From NCBI RefSeq assembly GCF_018350175.1, contig NC_058369.1, positions 15,006,001-15,070,000 on the forward strand: a DNA stretch of 64,000 nt. The letters run 5' to 3'. Source of the DNA: Felis catus (lineage: Eukaryota). Every line of letters begins with the position of its first letter. The first letter of the stretch is position 1. The notes below the pieces were generated by a model, which was not told the DNA's origin, made no database searches, and saw only the letters and a list, made by a program, of their open reading frames with translations. This document shows, piece after piece, positions 48,171 to 61,700 of this stretch. The position numbers and the translations under genes are program-made.

Positions 48171-49679
48171 ATCACCGTATCACAGGATATTATACAAACA
48201 CCCCTGTTCTTTCTTCTCCCTGCCATCCTATCTCTTTGCAAGGGAAAGACAAGGCAAGGAAAATAAACCCAAAGAAGGGGATTCCGCCAGATACACGTCA
48301 GGGGACTTATCTGCTCCCAGATTTGTCCAATACAGGGGTTTTTTGTTTAAAAAAATTTTTTTTAATGTTTATTTATTTTTGAGAGAGAGAGAGAGAGTGT
48401 GTGAGTGGGGAAGGGGCAGAGAGAGACAGGGAGATACAGAATCTGAAGCAGGTTCCAGGCTCTGAGCTATTAGCACAGAGCCTGACGTGGGGCTCGAACT
48501 CACCAACTGTGAGATCACGACCTGAGCCGAAGTCGGATGCTCAACCGACTGAGCCATCCAGGCGTCCCTGAAATAACAGTTTAAAAGACTGACGCATGTG
48601 ATTTAAAACTTTTTCGATGGGTCATAACCAGCTGCCTCAATTCTGGGTGTGGTTCCCGGGGTGGGGCTTGACTTCCACTCACTCTCTGTCCGCCCCCGAC
48701 ACCAAGCAGCTCCCAGCAGGGCCCGGGCCCAGCCTGGTCACCAGGAGACACCTATGATGCCCTGCAGGAGAGCCTGGGATGTGGAGGGAGACCGAACGCA
48801 GAAGCCAAGTGGCATAATCGTGAATCAGCATGGCTGATCAGTCACAGCCTGCGTGGGAGTCCGATTCCCAAGCAAACCCATAAGGGGAAAAGCACTTCCG
48901 GCCACCACAGCCGTGTCCTCTCTGAGGAAGGTGTCACATTGCACGTCAACATCCCTCCCTCAAGTCTGCTGGCTGCGGCCGGCGTTTGCTCATCCGTGGC
49001 GCGGATCCCTGCCTCTCAGGTCGGGCACCAGACAAAGCAGCGATTTGGTCTTAGGGGCCGGGTTTGCAAAACACGTTTTGTTAAATTGTGGGTGATCCCT
49101 CAGGGCATGGGATCATGGGAGCCCGAGGAAGTGACACCAGCAGAAGGGACACCTCGCGTCCACCCTGTGGGGACGCTCACGCCATTTATACAATCTCTCC
49201 TGCTTTTATTCCCTGCAGGAAGCAGTAGCTGAATTCGTGTACGTTGAATATACATTTGCTTGTCTGCCCCACCAGACCCTACCTGATAGTCAGTAACCTT
49301 AGGCACCAAGGAAAGTCAAGGTACTCTGGGGGACACTGAGGGTCAGCTATTCACTGTCTAGGGGTGGTGGTCCGGGAAGGCTTCACAGAGGAGGCACGAC
49401 TTAAGATGGGGCTTGAAAAATAAATAGGAGTTTGCCAGTCAGGGACAGCGAGATGGGTGTCGGGAAGGATCGGGGGAGGCCAACAGCAGGTGCGAAGACA
49501 GAGGTATGAAGAACGTGGCTCCCTTGGGGCCACTCCACGGAGGTTGTTTTGGCTGGAGGCCCAGGGAAATGTGGGGAGAAGAGGCAGAGAAGACAGAGGC
49601 AGGGGACAGGCTGGGAAGGGGCGTGGTTGCGGCCAGGGGATTTGGGCTTCCCCCAGGGGACCAGCATAACTTAGCAGCT

Positions 49680-49875
49680 TTGCACAATGGTTAAGAGCTC
49701 AGATTCTAGAATCTCCCTGCGTGGGATGGATTCCTGGCTCTACCGGCTGTGTGTCCTTGGACAAATTCCTTAGCGTCTCTGTGCCCCGCTTTCCTCATCT
49801 GCCAACGAGGATAATACAAGAACCGTGGTAAGGATGAAAAGAAGTATTAATGTGCCAGGTAGTCGATCAAGGTTA
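49680..49875 (+). mobile_element. MIR SINE relic
   Basis: Core ggctgtgtgtccttggacaaattccttagcgtctctgtgccccgctttcctcatctg. Similar MIR cores lie near 7270-7440, 31455-31680 and 51010-51130. Confidence 0.7.
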
Positions 49876-51550
49876 GCTGCTATTGCTGTTGACAGTCTAA
49901 AGCCCAGGGCTGGGCGGGGGCGAGGGTGAGGCCGGTAAGGCACCTTGGGGCAAACCCGAAGGAGGCATTCGCTCTCAGGGCTGTGCAAGCACGGAGGCCT
50001 CCCTGTCCTGGCCTGGCCCTATTCACTGCTTATCAAAGCCTTTCCGTAGGTGTTGACTCATTAGATTTCTGCAACACTTTGCAGCTCAGAGAAGTGACTT
50101 TCACTTCCCCATGTTTCCCAGACACGGGAGGCAGCTGGGACATGCTGGTCGGACCCCAGCACCCCTGCCCCGTCCATTCTACCACACTGAGCTGCCCTCC
50201 TGGAGGCCGTCAAGGTTGGTCAAGTCAACCAACGGAAGGGAGAAGGAACTGCTGGTTTCCTCTCCTCCCCTCCTCTCCTCTCTTCTCTTTCCTTCCTTTC
50301 TTCATTTATTTTTGAGAGACAGACAGAGACAGCATGAGCAGGGGAGGGGCAGAGAGAGAGGGAGACACAGAATCAGAAGCAGGCTCCAGGCTCCGAGCCG
50401 TCAGCACAGAGCCCGATGCGGGGCTCGAACTCACAAACCGTGAGATCATGACCTGAGCCGAAGTCGGACGCGTAATCGACTAAGCCCCCCAGGTGCCCAG
50501 GAGCTGCTGTTTCTTACGACGCACAGTGAGTTGCTGATCGACACCAAGGAGCTGGGCATCACCACCAACATAACCTATTTAGTGGGGTCCGCTGTAGGGA
50601 GGGGGTGCCAGGCTGTCATACCATCAAATTCAGAGTCTTACTAATTGGTGGACCCGGGGCAGTGAGGCCCTGCAGACAGTGGAGGGGATAACTGGTTTAG
50701 AACCCCCTATGTCCATCTGGCAGCGACCTGGCCAGGTCTGTTTACATACTGGTGAACTGAAGGGACTGTCTTCCCAATGGCAGGAAGTCACCCACCTGCC
50801 TACCCGGAAAGAGCGAATCTCTCACATCCACATAAAACAGGACACAACCCAAGGAACTAATCAGTCTCTCCTGAGTGAGAAGCCTCTGGAATCTAGGCAC
50901 CTGGCTTGCCCAGGCGATGATTACAATGAATATTCAGCGACTGATTAGTACGGGCAGCCTTTGTGCTCGTATTCGGTGTTTAAAAATCTCTGCAACCATC
51001 CCACAGAGTGGGTGCTAACATCATCCCCCATTCTCCAAATGAAGAAACTGAGGCTCTGAGGGATTAAGGGATTTGTCCAGGTAGGGGTGGGGCCGGGTTT
51101 TGTGGCCACGCGGTATGACCCTGGAGCCCAGCACTTGCCAGATGAGTACTCTGCAAACCTCGTCCTGCCCAGGGAGTTCCACACACGGCCAGGAACCTGG
51201 TGATGACAATGGCTTGTTCTCACCGACAAAATCAGGACGGAGTAGAACATGTCCCAGCTGCTGTCTGTCCGGTGTGTGTGTGGGGGGATCTCCAGGATGT
51301 CAGAAGGGAAAGGTGTTTGTTTAAAACGGCTAAATAGGCACCCTGCATAATTAGAAATCATTCGTCATGTCAAAGTACTTTGAAACTGTAGTCTGAATTT
51401 GAACTTGAGATTTAAAGTTCCCCAGGGGCGCCTGGGTGGCTCAGTCCGTTAAGCGTCCAACTCTTGATTTCAGTTCAGGTCACGCTCTCACGATTTGTGA
51501 GATCGAGTCCCACGTCAGGCTCTGCTCAGACAGCTTGGAGCCTGCTTGGG

Positions 51551-51592
<42 letters not shown>

Positions 51593-53575
51593 CCTTACTG
51601 CTCTCTGTCTCAAAAATAAATAAATAAACATTAAAAAAATAGTTTTGGGGTGCCTGGGTGGCTCCGTCAGTTTAAGTATCCGACTTCGGCTCAGGTCATG
51701 ATCTCACGGTTCGTGGGTTCGAGCCCCACGTTGGGTTCTGTGCTGACAGCTCAGAGCCTGGAGCCTGCTTCCGATTCTGTCTCCTTCTCTCTCTGCCCTT
51801 CCCCCGCTCATGTTCTCTTTCTCTCTCTCTCAAAAATAAATAAACATTAAAAAAAAATAATAAAAAAAAGTTTACCATTTCCGTGGCTCTTAGAGCAATC
51901 CTAGAGGACACAGTAAACTGAAGTTCAAAGAACAATGTTACAGGGAACCTGTGTGTACTCCGAGTCAAATCGACTTGGGGAACAGTCTATCAAAACAGGG
52001 GGCTGTTGTGTCCACCCATCCATTTCCTAGTCTTAATTCCTAAACTCTTCAGGAAAGAAATTTATATGCACTGATGCAAGTTGTCTATTTTCTAAAGTAA
52101 CTGAATGATCTTCTAAAGGGGATGCTAGCCATCAACAATCTTCGGGGCTTGTGTTTTGAATTATTTTTCTAAGGTGGTGATCAGTGTGCATATCCAAACC
52201 TTTCTGCTGTATCCTTCTCTCTCTTTTTTTAACGTTTATTTATTTTTGAGACAGAGAGAGACAGAGCATGAATGGGGGAGGGTCAGAGAGAGGGAGACAC
52301 AGAATCTGAAACAGGCTCCAGGCTCTGAGCCGTCAGCACAGAGCTCGACGCGGGGCTCGAACTCACGGACCGTGAGATCACGACCTGAGCCGAAGTTGGA
52401 CGCTTAACCGACTGAGCCACCCAGGCACCCCAATGTTTATTTATTTTTGAGAGAGAGACAGAGAGTGCAAGTGGAGAAGGGGCAGAGAGAGGGAAACAGA
52501 GGCTCCGAAGCGAGCCCCACGCTGACAGCAGAGAGCCCGATGCGGGGCTTGAACTCACCAACCGTGAGATCGTGACCTGAGCCGAAGCGGGACGCTCAAC
52601 AGCCTGAGCCTCCCAGGTGGCCCTGCATCCCTTCCCTTTTATGATCAAAGATGCACACCATATTAGAGATGCATGTGAGAGACGCACAACCAGGCTGTGG
52701 ACGGTCTGGGCCCCGGTCTGGAGCAAATGCACACATCTATGTATAAATCGCGCTGGGACCATGGCCATTTTAAGGCTTCTTGCCAACCCAAAACATGGAC
52801 TCTCACATTTAACTCCAGATCGAGTCAAAGCGCACTGGGCGAAGGAATGATTTCAAAGAGGGCCACAGAGGGCGGGAAATGATAACAGACTGTGAACATG
52901 CGAATTGCAGAATTAAGTAACACACGTAACTCAGCTTATAACCACTGTAAATAATTCATGATGGCATGTTCCAATGCCGTAAGGCCAGTGTGAACCACAT
53001 TTCCATTTTGTGAAACGTTAAAAAGATTCCTTCTGTCAGACCCTGAAGTGTGAGCTAGCGCAACTGTGAAAGTCCGTAAGGATCACAAGGGTGGATGCGG
53101 AAGAATCAAAGAAGCAGATTCTAAAACGCATCCGTATGTCTGCTCACGGACATATTCAGGACAGGAGGCCCATCGTTCCCTTTTCCCCACTGCTAAATGG
53201 TTACAAGTTGCTGAATCTCCAATTTCTTCGGTGTTCCCGCCCTAAAGTACTTTGTTCCACTGGCCCCACCTAACCACCAGGGATTAGCTGTTCGGGTTGA
53301 GCGGCCGACTCTTGGTGTCGGCTCAGGTCATGATCTCACGGTTCGTGAGTTCGAGCCCCATGTCGGGCTCTGTGCTGGCCGTGTGGAGCCTGTGTGGGAT
53401 TCTCTCTGCCTCTCTCTGCCCCTCCCCAACTCCCAGTCTCTCTATCTCAAAATAAATAAATAGACTTTAAACCAAAACAATCTCGCGGTTCACGAGTTCG
53501 AGCCCTGCATCGGGCCCTGTGTGGACAGCTCAGAGCCTGGAGCCTGCTTTGAATTCTGTGTGTGTGTGTGTGTGT

Positions 53576-53616
<41 letters not shown>

Positions 53617-54093
53617 CTCTCCCGCTCATGCTCTCTCTCTCAAAAATAAATAAACATTAAACAATTAAAACAACAAAACAAAACAAACCAGGGGCACCTG
53701 GGTGGCTCAGTCGGTTGAGCGTACAACTTTGGCTCAGGTCATGATCTCTCTGCCCCTCCCCTGCTGGTGCTCTGTCTCTTTCTCTCCCAAAGATAAATAA
53801 ACAGTAACAAAACAAAACACAAAGTGAGCAGCAAGATGGTTAAACAAGAATCCACACACAAAAGACTACATAGTATATGATTCCGGTCATATCAAGTTCC
53901 AGAAGACAAAGCCAATCTATGCTGGCATAAGTCAGAACAGTGAATGCCCGGGGGACAGGTATTAACTAGGAAGGGGGGAGAGGAAAATTCTGGGGTGCTG
54001 GAAGGGCATACACACATGTATAAATGTGTATGTATAAGTGTATATACATCTGGAAAATGTATCAAGCTGTATACTTAAGATTTACATATCCTT

Positions 54094-54326
54094 GGGGCGC
54101 CTGGGTGGCGCAGTCGGTTAAGCGTCCGACTTCAGCCAGGTCACGATCTCGCGGTCCGTGGGTTCGAGCCCCGCGTCGGGCTCTGGGCTGATGGCTCAGA
54201 GCCTGGAGCCTGCTTCCGATTCTGTGTCTCCCTCTCTCTGCCTCTCCCCCGTTCATGCTCTGTCTCTCTCTGTCTCAAAAATAAATAAACGTTAAAAAAA
54301 AAATTAAAAAAAAAAAATTAAAAAAA
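54094..54326 (+). mobile_element. Young felid CanSINE inside an old L1 3' fragment
   Basis: Same subfamily; TSD aagatttac(a/g)tatcct. Confidence 0.94.
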
Positions 54327-54424
54327 AGATTTACGTATCCTCGTGTGTGCCTCAATAAAACAGTTTTGAAAATTCAGAGAAACAATAGCTAACTGTTTGG
54401 AACGTGCTCTGATGAGAGACTCAA

Positions 54425-54451
54425 CCCCCCCCCCCCCCCCCCCCCCCCCCC
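54425..54451. repeat. Poly-C tract (C27)
   Basis: Direct inspection. Confidence 0.9.
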
Positions 54452-55284
54452 GCTCTATCCTTCCAGGCGTGCACTAAACCCTCCTGAGTCCCTCTTTGTG
54501 ACCGCAGGGTGCTGGGCACGGGGTCTTGTCCACACAACCAGGAGCGTAGCGAGTTAGGCTTGTGGAAGGGGGGACGCTGTGGGGTGTGTCCAAGATTTCC
54601 TCTAAGGCCACCGTTAGAAGCAGATACATTGGTACATTTACCAAGCAAGCCTGGGGATCGTAACGTGTGCTCCACTCTTTTTTCTTCATTGTGGTAAAAA
54701 AATAAGAAAGAAAATGGAAAACGGGGCGCCTGGGTGGTGCAGTCGGTTAAGTGTCTGACTCCTGGGTTCAGCTCAGGTCAGGATCTCGCGGTTTGGGTGT
54801 TCGAGCCCCACGTCGGGCTCTGCGCTAACAATGCCAAGCCTGTTTAGGATTCTCTCTCTGTCCCTCTCCCTCTGCACCTCCCCCGCTCGTGCTCTCTCTC
54901 TCTCTCTCCCGTCTCTCAGAATAAATAAATAAACTTTGAAAAATTTGGGAAAAGAGTATTCATCCTTCTGCTATCCATGAATAAATCCCACACACTTCCC
55001 CCCCCCCTTTTTTAAATTGTGGTAAAGTAAGCATAACAGAAACTTTACCATGGTAGCCATTTTAAAAAAAATTTTTAATGTTTACTTATTTTTGAGAGAG
55101 AGAGAGAGAGACAGAGTGTGAGCAGGGGAGGGGCAGAGAAAGAGGGAGACACAGAATCTGAAGCAGGTTCCAGGCTCTGAGCTGTCCGCGCAGAGCCCGA
55201 CGCGGGGCTCGAACCCACGAACCGCGAGATCACGACCTGAGCCAAAGTCGGACGCTTAACCGACTGAGCCACCCAGGCGCCCCT

Positions 55285-55545
55285 GATTAATCGCTTCAGA
55301 GGGTACAATTCAGTGGCATTAAGTCTATATATTCACGTTATTGTGAAACCACCCCCGCCATCCATCTCCAGAATATTTCCATCTTCCCAAACTGAAACTC
55401 TGTCCCCATTGGACACTAACTCCCCGTTCCCCTCCCCCAGCCCCTGGCGCCCACTGATCTTTCTGTCTCTATGGATTTGACTCCTCTAAGGACCTCGCAT
55501 AAGTGGGAGGGGGACACTCACTATTTGTCCTTTTGCGTCTCGCTC
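55285..55545 (-). mobile_element. Old L1M (L1MB-like) 3' UTR fragment
   Basis: gtacaattcagtggcattaagt...ccatctccagaatatttccatcttcccaaactgaaactctgtccccatt...tttctgtctctatggatttgactcctctaaggacctc. Confidence 0.65.
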
Positions 55546-56910
55546 ATCTCACCGAGCATCACGTGGCAGGCGGGCTTTGCTTTTCAACCTGAGCATCGCT
55601 GACCGCTGATTTGAGTAACAACCCAAGAGTGAGCAAAAGGCTCAAACTCATAGCTACACACGATATTCGCTTTGCGAGAAGGGGGAGGAAGTTTTCTCTG
55701 GACCGAAAAACGGTGTCAATGAACTGGAAGACTCAGGAGATGGGAAAAGGTTATGAAAAAAAGAAGCAGGAGCATTTCTCTGAAACGCGGCCGGTCAGCG
55801 CGTCCCTCAGCCTGCTAGCCACCCGCACTCAGTGACCCTGACCTTCCCGGTGCCGCAGGCCCAACAACGGGCTACGGTGACCAGTGTTCTGACAGGCCCG
55901 CATTCCTCGGCGATTAGCAACAATATCCATGAAGACGCTCTTACTTGTCCGAACAGAAGCCACGCGCTGGTTAATCTTCAAGTGAGTTTCGTTTAAAATG
56001 GGCTTTTCCAGAAGGTTATATCAGCCTCTTTCCATCTTATTATTCACTGTCCCTCAAAGATAACGTGAAGAGATGGGGGTAGGGAGGCAGCAGGGAAATG
56101 CCTCATTATGGAAACATCCACCTTTGAGGGGCGCCTGGGGGGCTCAGTGGGTTGAGCGTCGGGCTCTTGGTTTCGGCTCAGGTCATGACTCAGGGTTTGT
56201 GGGTTTGAGCCCCGCATCGGGCTCCATGCTAGTGGAGCCTGCTTGGGATTCTCTCTCTTTCTCTCTCTCAGAAATAAATAAATAAACTTAAAAAAAAAAT
56301 CCGTCTTTGATTTAGGTTGGCCTGCAGCTTAGCAGGTCCGTCATGAGGGAGCAGGGAGGGGCAGCAGAAGAGAAGGTTCTATTTGGGCCTGACCTGTGCT
56401 GGGGGCCACTAGAGTCTTGACCTCTGTCCCTCAGTCTGATGTGAGTAACCCTCCCTGCCTCATGAGCCCAGTCTCTGCGGTCATCGCTGGGGCCACGCTT
56501 GGCTGGGCCGCTTTGGACGAGCCACCTTACCTCTTATTTTATTTTATTTTTTTAATGTTTATTTTTGAGAGAGAGACAGAGTGCAAGCAGGGGAGGGGCA
56601 GAGAGAGAGGGAGAGACAGAATCCGAAGCAGGCTTCAGGCTCTGAGCTGTCAGCACAGAGCCCGACGCGGGGCTTGAACTCACGAGCTGTGAAATCATGA
56701 CCTGAGCCAAAGTCTTGCTTAACCGACTGAGCCACCCGGGCGCCCCCCATCTTACTTCATTAAACTGTAGATTTCTCATCTGTAATATTTGGCCACAAAC
56801 ATGAACCACACGGGACTTCTACAAGTACCGCAGTGAGACCACATGTGTAAGTGCAAAGAATATCACTTCCATGCACACAGATGGGACCAAGCCCCTGAGC
56901 CTCTGAACCT

Positions 56911-57428
56911 TGTGGTAGGCAGAATCTCAAGGTGACCCCAGAGACCCCGTGCCCTGTAGGTACCCCTCCCCTTGAGTGTGGAAAGGACTCCAAATATCAA
57001 GGCATATCATTCATGTGATTAACTGATGTTGTAGGGCCAGGTCAACTTTATCCTGGTGGGCCTGACCTAATCAGTTGAACCCCTAGAAGAGTTTGGGCTT
57101 TTCCTGGAGAAAAAGGAATTCGCCTAGAGGTAGATTCTCTGTAGCTGGTTTTGAAGACGGAGGGGGCCACGTGGTGGGAAGTTTGAGTGGCCTCTAATTG
57201 CTGCGAGTGGGAGTACCTTGGACTTACCCGCCACACTGAAGCACTGAATTCTGCTACAACCGTGTGAACGCAGAAGAGGAGCCGGGCTCTAGATGAGAAT
57301 ACAGCCTGGCCAACATCTTGATTTTAGCCTGGTGAGACCGAGCCAAGAAGCCGTCCACATCTCATCTGGACTTTGTCATAGGCCACTAAGTTTGTGACAA
57401 TTTGTTATGTGGCAGTAGAAAACCCGTG
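56911..57428 (+). mobile_element. MaLR solo LTR (MLT1E/F-like)
   Basis: Starts tgtggtaggcagaatc; contains ctgaattctgctacaac...agatgagaatacagcctggccaacatcttgattttagcctggtgagac; ends ggccactaagtttgtgacaatttgttatgtggcagtagaaaac. Confidence 0.8.
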
Positions 57429-58451
57429 TAGAACTTGTAACCAGATAGGGTACCAGGCAGGACATGCTGAGCTGCTCAAGGAAAGGGGTTTGGATAAGTA
57501 CACGGTACTGTCTAGGGCGCGGAACCTTCCCTTCTGAGCTGAGCTGCCGTTATGATGTGATGCCAAGTGGACAGCTTTGATGGAAGGGTACATCAGTGAG
57601 GATGTCTAAACACATTGTATTCACCGTAAAACATTAGTATCCAGATGCTAGAAGGTGACAGGGAGGGTGGGTCAGAGGCGAGGGGGCGCTGTGGTCAAGA
57701 GGGCTCGTGGCTGCTCATCTCACCTGGTCTTGTGGGCAGAGCCAGAGCAGGAAGAGGGTCCTCAGATGCCAACCAGAAATCAGGGACAGATCCGGTGGGA
57801 AGCCTGGCCTTCATACCCCAAGGGCCCAGAGGCGTTAGGCTGTGTAGGGCTGGCCAAACGGAGCTGGCTTCTGGGAATGACGGCAGTAATTTACCATCCC
57901 ATCTGTTCGGCACCTGCTATGTGCCAGATGCTTCCTGTAGGTATCCTTTAGGTAAACTGTTCACGTTCACATCTGGGAAGACGCATGCCTGAGATTCAAA
58001 CCCGGGACTGCCTGACGGCAAAGCCCACGCATGGCTGCTACTTCAAGACGTCCACCCTCAAGGTCACGGGCTGCTGGGCAGCCTGGGCCCAAGCGTCTGC
58101 CCCCACCCCCACCCCCGTGAGAGAGGGGGCAGCAGTCAGAGGGACCTGCTTCCGTCTGTAGCACTCAACACCACCAACACAGAGAGAAGTGTGCGTGTTT
58201 GCTTTCCCGACGCCCGCTGTGAACATCCACCCTGCCCTCTGCCCCAGTGCAGTGCCCACACAGCCTGACTTGGAGAACAAGTCTCTGAATGAAGCTCTCT
58301 CAAACGACTATAGGCCAGGTCAATGAAGCGATTCCTCTGGTAGGCCGGGTGGGGCCAGAGTAAAACTGGCCAGCAAAGAAAGGCTGCACACTGCAGGAAA
58401 TCTTTGGGGCCAGACAGACGCGTGCTTTCCTCCCCAACGGGGGCTAGTGCA

Positions 58452-58746
58452 GGAGGTGTTACGTCCACAGGGAGGATCGTTCTGGAATACGTTACATCAG
58501 AGGATGGTGATTCTGGAAGGTGTTATGTCAACAAGGTCAACCACCGCCGAAGGTGTCTCACCAACGAGGAAGGTCGTTACGGAAGGTACTATGCCAACAC
58601 GAACTGTTGCTACGGAAGGTGTTACGTCCATGAGGGTGGATGGTATGGAAGATATTGGCACGGAAAGTCTTAAATCAGTAAGAATGGATATTATAGGGGC
58701 CCCGCCATCACGCAAAGAGTTACATCAACAAGGATGGTCATACTGG
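58452..58746. repeat. Degenerate 33-bp minisatellite (consensus ~ggaaggtgttacatcaacaaggatggtcatact)
   Basis: Unit starts at 58452, 58484, 58515, 58548, 58581, 58614, 58647, then 58662 and 58712; exact 33-bp spacing from 58515 to 58647. Confidence 0.85.
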
Positions 58747-61700
58747 CCAGTAGGGGACTAGCCAGCGATCTTAAGATAATTACGCTAAACATTCAGGGCC
58801 GTAATGGGGCGCCTGGGTGGCTCAGTCGGTTGGGCGTCCGACTTCGGCTCAGGTCACAATCTCACGGTCCGTGAGTTCGAGCCCCGCGTCGGGCTCTGGG
58901 CTGATGGCTCAGAGCCTGGAGCCTGCTTCCGATTCTGTGTCTCCCTCTCTCTCTGCCCCTCCCCCGTTCATGCTCTGTCTCTCTCGGTCTCAAAAATAAA
59001 TAAACGTTAAAAAAAAAATTTAAAAAAAAATTCAGGGACGTAAAAAACAAGGTTGAAGGACCATGAATGTTGAGATGAGGCTTTTGAGGAGCCTGGTTCC
59101 CAAGCACATCGTGTCGGCAGGTGGAAGAAAAGAGGCAGATGGTTAGCACTGAAAGGGAGGGAGAGACTGTGGTTCAGAGCACTTCCCTTTTCGTGAACCA
59201 TATTCCTTACATCTGGAGTTGGTCCTACTGCTAAGTGCTATTTCCAAGGAAGGAAGGGGTGGGGGGGGGGGTGGAGATGGGAACAAATCCAGATAAAATC
59301 CCAGAGCGATGAGGCATTTAATCTTCATTTAACTGCATTCGGTTTTGCTCCTATAGCTGGTCTCCAGTTGTAAATCACACTTTGAAGGATCACTCTTTTT
59401 TTAAAGTTTTAATTTAAATTCCAGTTAGTTAACCGGGGTCGCCTGGGTGGCTCGGCCGGTTAAGCATTTGATTTCGGCTCAGGTCACGATCTCACGGGTC
59501 GTGAGTCTGAGCCCCGCATTCAGGCTCTGTGCTGACAGCACGGAGCCTGCTTTGGATTGTCTGTCTCTCCCCAGCCTGCATGCGTGCATTCTCTCTCTCT
59601 CAAAAATACACAAACATTAAAAAAAATAAATTCCAGGGGTGCCTGGGTGGCTCAGTTGGTTAAGTGTCTGACTCTTGATTTCAGCTCAGGTCACGATCTC
59701 ACGGTCGTGACGTCAAGCCCCGCGTCCTCGGACTCTGCACTGGCAGAGCAGAGCCTGCTTGGGATTCTCTCTCTCTCTCCCACCTCTCTCTGCCCCTCCC
59801 GCTCCCCCTCTCAAAATAAATAAATAAATAAACCGAAAAAAATAAATAAAGTCCAGTGAGTTAACATACAGTGTAATATTAGTTTCAGGTGTACAACGTA
59901 GTGATTCAACAATTCTATACAACAGCCGGTGCTCATCACAGCAAGTGCACTCCTTTTTTAAAAATGTTTTATTTCTTTTTGAGACAGAGAGAGACAGAGC
60001 ATGAGCAGGGGAGGGGCAGAGAGAGAGGGAGACACAGAATCCGAAGCAGGCTCCAGGCTCCGAGCTGTCAGCACAGAGCCCGACGCGGGGCTCGAACTCA
60101 CGGACCGCAAGATCATGACCTGAGCCGAAGTCGGACGCCCAACCGACTGAGCCACCCAGGCGCCCCGCAAGTGCACTCCTTAATATCCATCGTTTGACAA
60201 CACAGTGGGATTACTGGTAACGAATGACAGAGCCACACTTTCACTCCAGGGCCAGCCTCATGGTTTCCTCTGATGGCCCACAGACCTCAGACACCAGGAG
60301 AACACCTTGTCTTCTGCCTTCTCTTTTCCTGTCTATGAAAGCTATTCTCCATCCCGTACCTTTACTGTGGTTTTTATACATATATATCTTTGAAGAGTAG
60401 TTATCACATTGGACAGTGTCTCAGACTCCTGCTTTCGGGGACCCAGGCAAGCAACGTAAACAAGAAAAGCCAACACAGTGTCTTTGCTGAAACAGAGGGG
60501 TGCATGCTTTACCGAATACTTTGTAAGTCAGCTTTTTTTTCCAAAACACATCCAACAGAACTGGGCCAAGACCTCTAGGCCACCAGTTTGTAGCCCCTAG
60601 TTCCCATGTTTGAATCCCTTCTGCATGGTGAGTCCCTCGAGAGCAAGGGACTGGTGGTTCCTACCTCTGAATGTCCACCGTCTAGCACAGGGGGCCTCCA
60701 AGATCTGTGGATGGATGGGGTTTATTACCAAACGGCCTAAGATTAGACTGGAACTTTCAAAGATTTTCTAGGCAGAAATCAAATTCTCTAGGCCTGCTCA
60801 GTGCTATGCTCTAAAAGCAGACAGGAGGGAAGCGTAGCAATTTCCTCTTCTAGAAATGTCGCTCCAAGTGGAGAAGGCAGCTTTGGTCATCAGTTCCCCA
60901 ATTCCTAGTGACTTAATATTTCTCCACAACCAAATTCCTGCAGGAAGCAACTGTAGACTTTTTGAAGACAGTATCTACATTCATGATATCTGTGTTTTAA
61001 CAAAGCAGAACGATTGATTGCTATACCCGTTACCTGCCTTTGGATGTTTTCTTAATTTAAAACTACTTTTTTAATTTCAATTTTTTTAATGTTTATTTTT
61101 GAGAGACAGAGAGAGACAGAGCATGAGCAGGGGTGCGGTGGCCGGCGGCGGCGGGGGGGAAGCAGAGAGAGGGAGATACAGAATCCGAAGCAGGCTCCAG
61201 CCTCTGAGCTGTCAGCCCAGAACCTGATGCAGGGCTCGAACTCATGAACGGTGAGATCACAACCTGAGCCTAAACCAAGCGTTGGACCCTTAGCTGACTG
61301 AGCCACTCAGGTGCCTCTGTGTATCTTCGTAAAGCTGAAAAATATGGTTTACGTTTAGATTAAATAATACACGAAGCACAAGGTAAAAACAAAAAAAAAA
61401 CAAAAATGAGTTTTGACCGGTAAAAAGTCTCACTCTTATCTTGAACCTGGTGCTCTTGCCAGGGGCAACCCCTGACACCGGTTTGCATGTCCTTGTACAG
61501 GAAATCTGTGAATACGCAAGTGTATATCTATATGCCACCCCTATTTTATTTTATTTCATTTCCTTTGGCCAAAAGGCAACATGCTTTATTCACTGTTCTG
61601 AACCGTATGTTTTCCTCTCCATAATATATCTTGGGGGTCACTCCCCATCAGTACACCGAGAGCTACCCAGTGGCCTTATATGGCTGCGTAGCATCCACTG

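Noticed and set aside
58452..58746. CRISPR-like array
   Set aside because: Units are contiguous diverged tandem copies without constant repeats and unique spacers; eukaryotic context and no cas genes.
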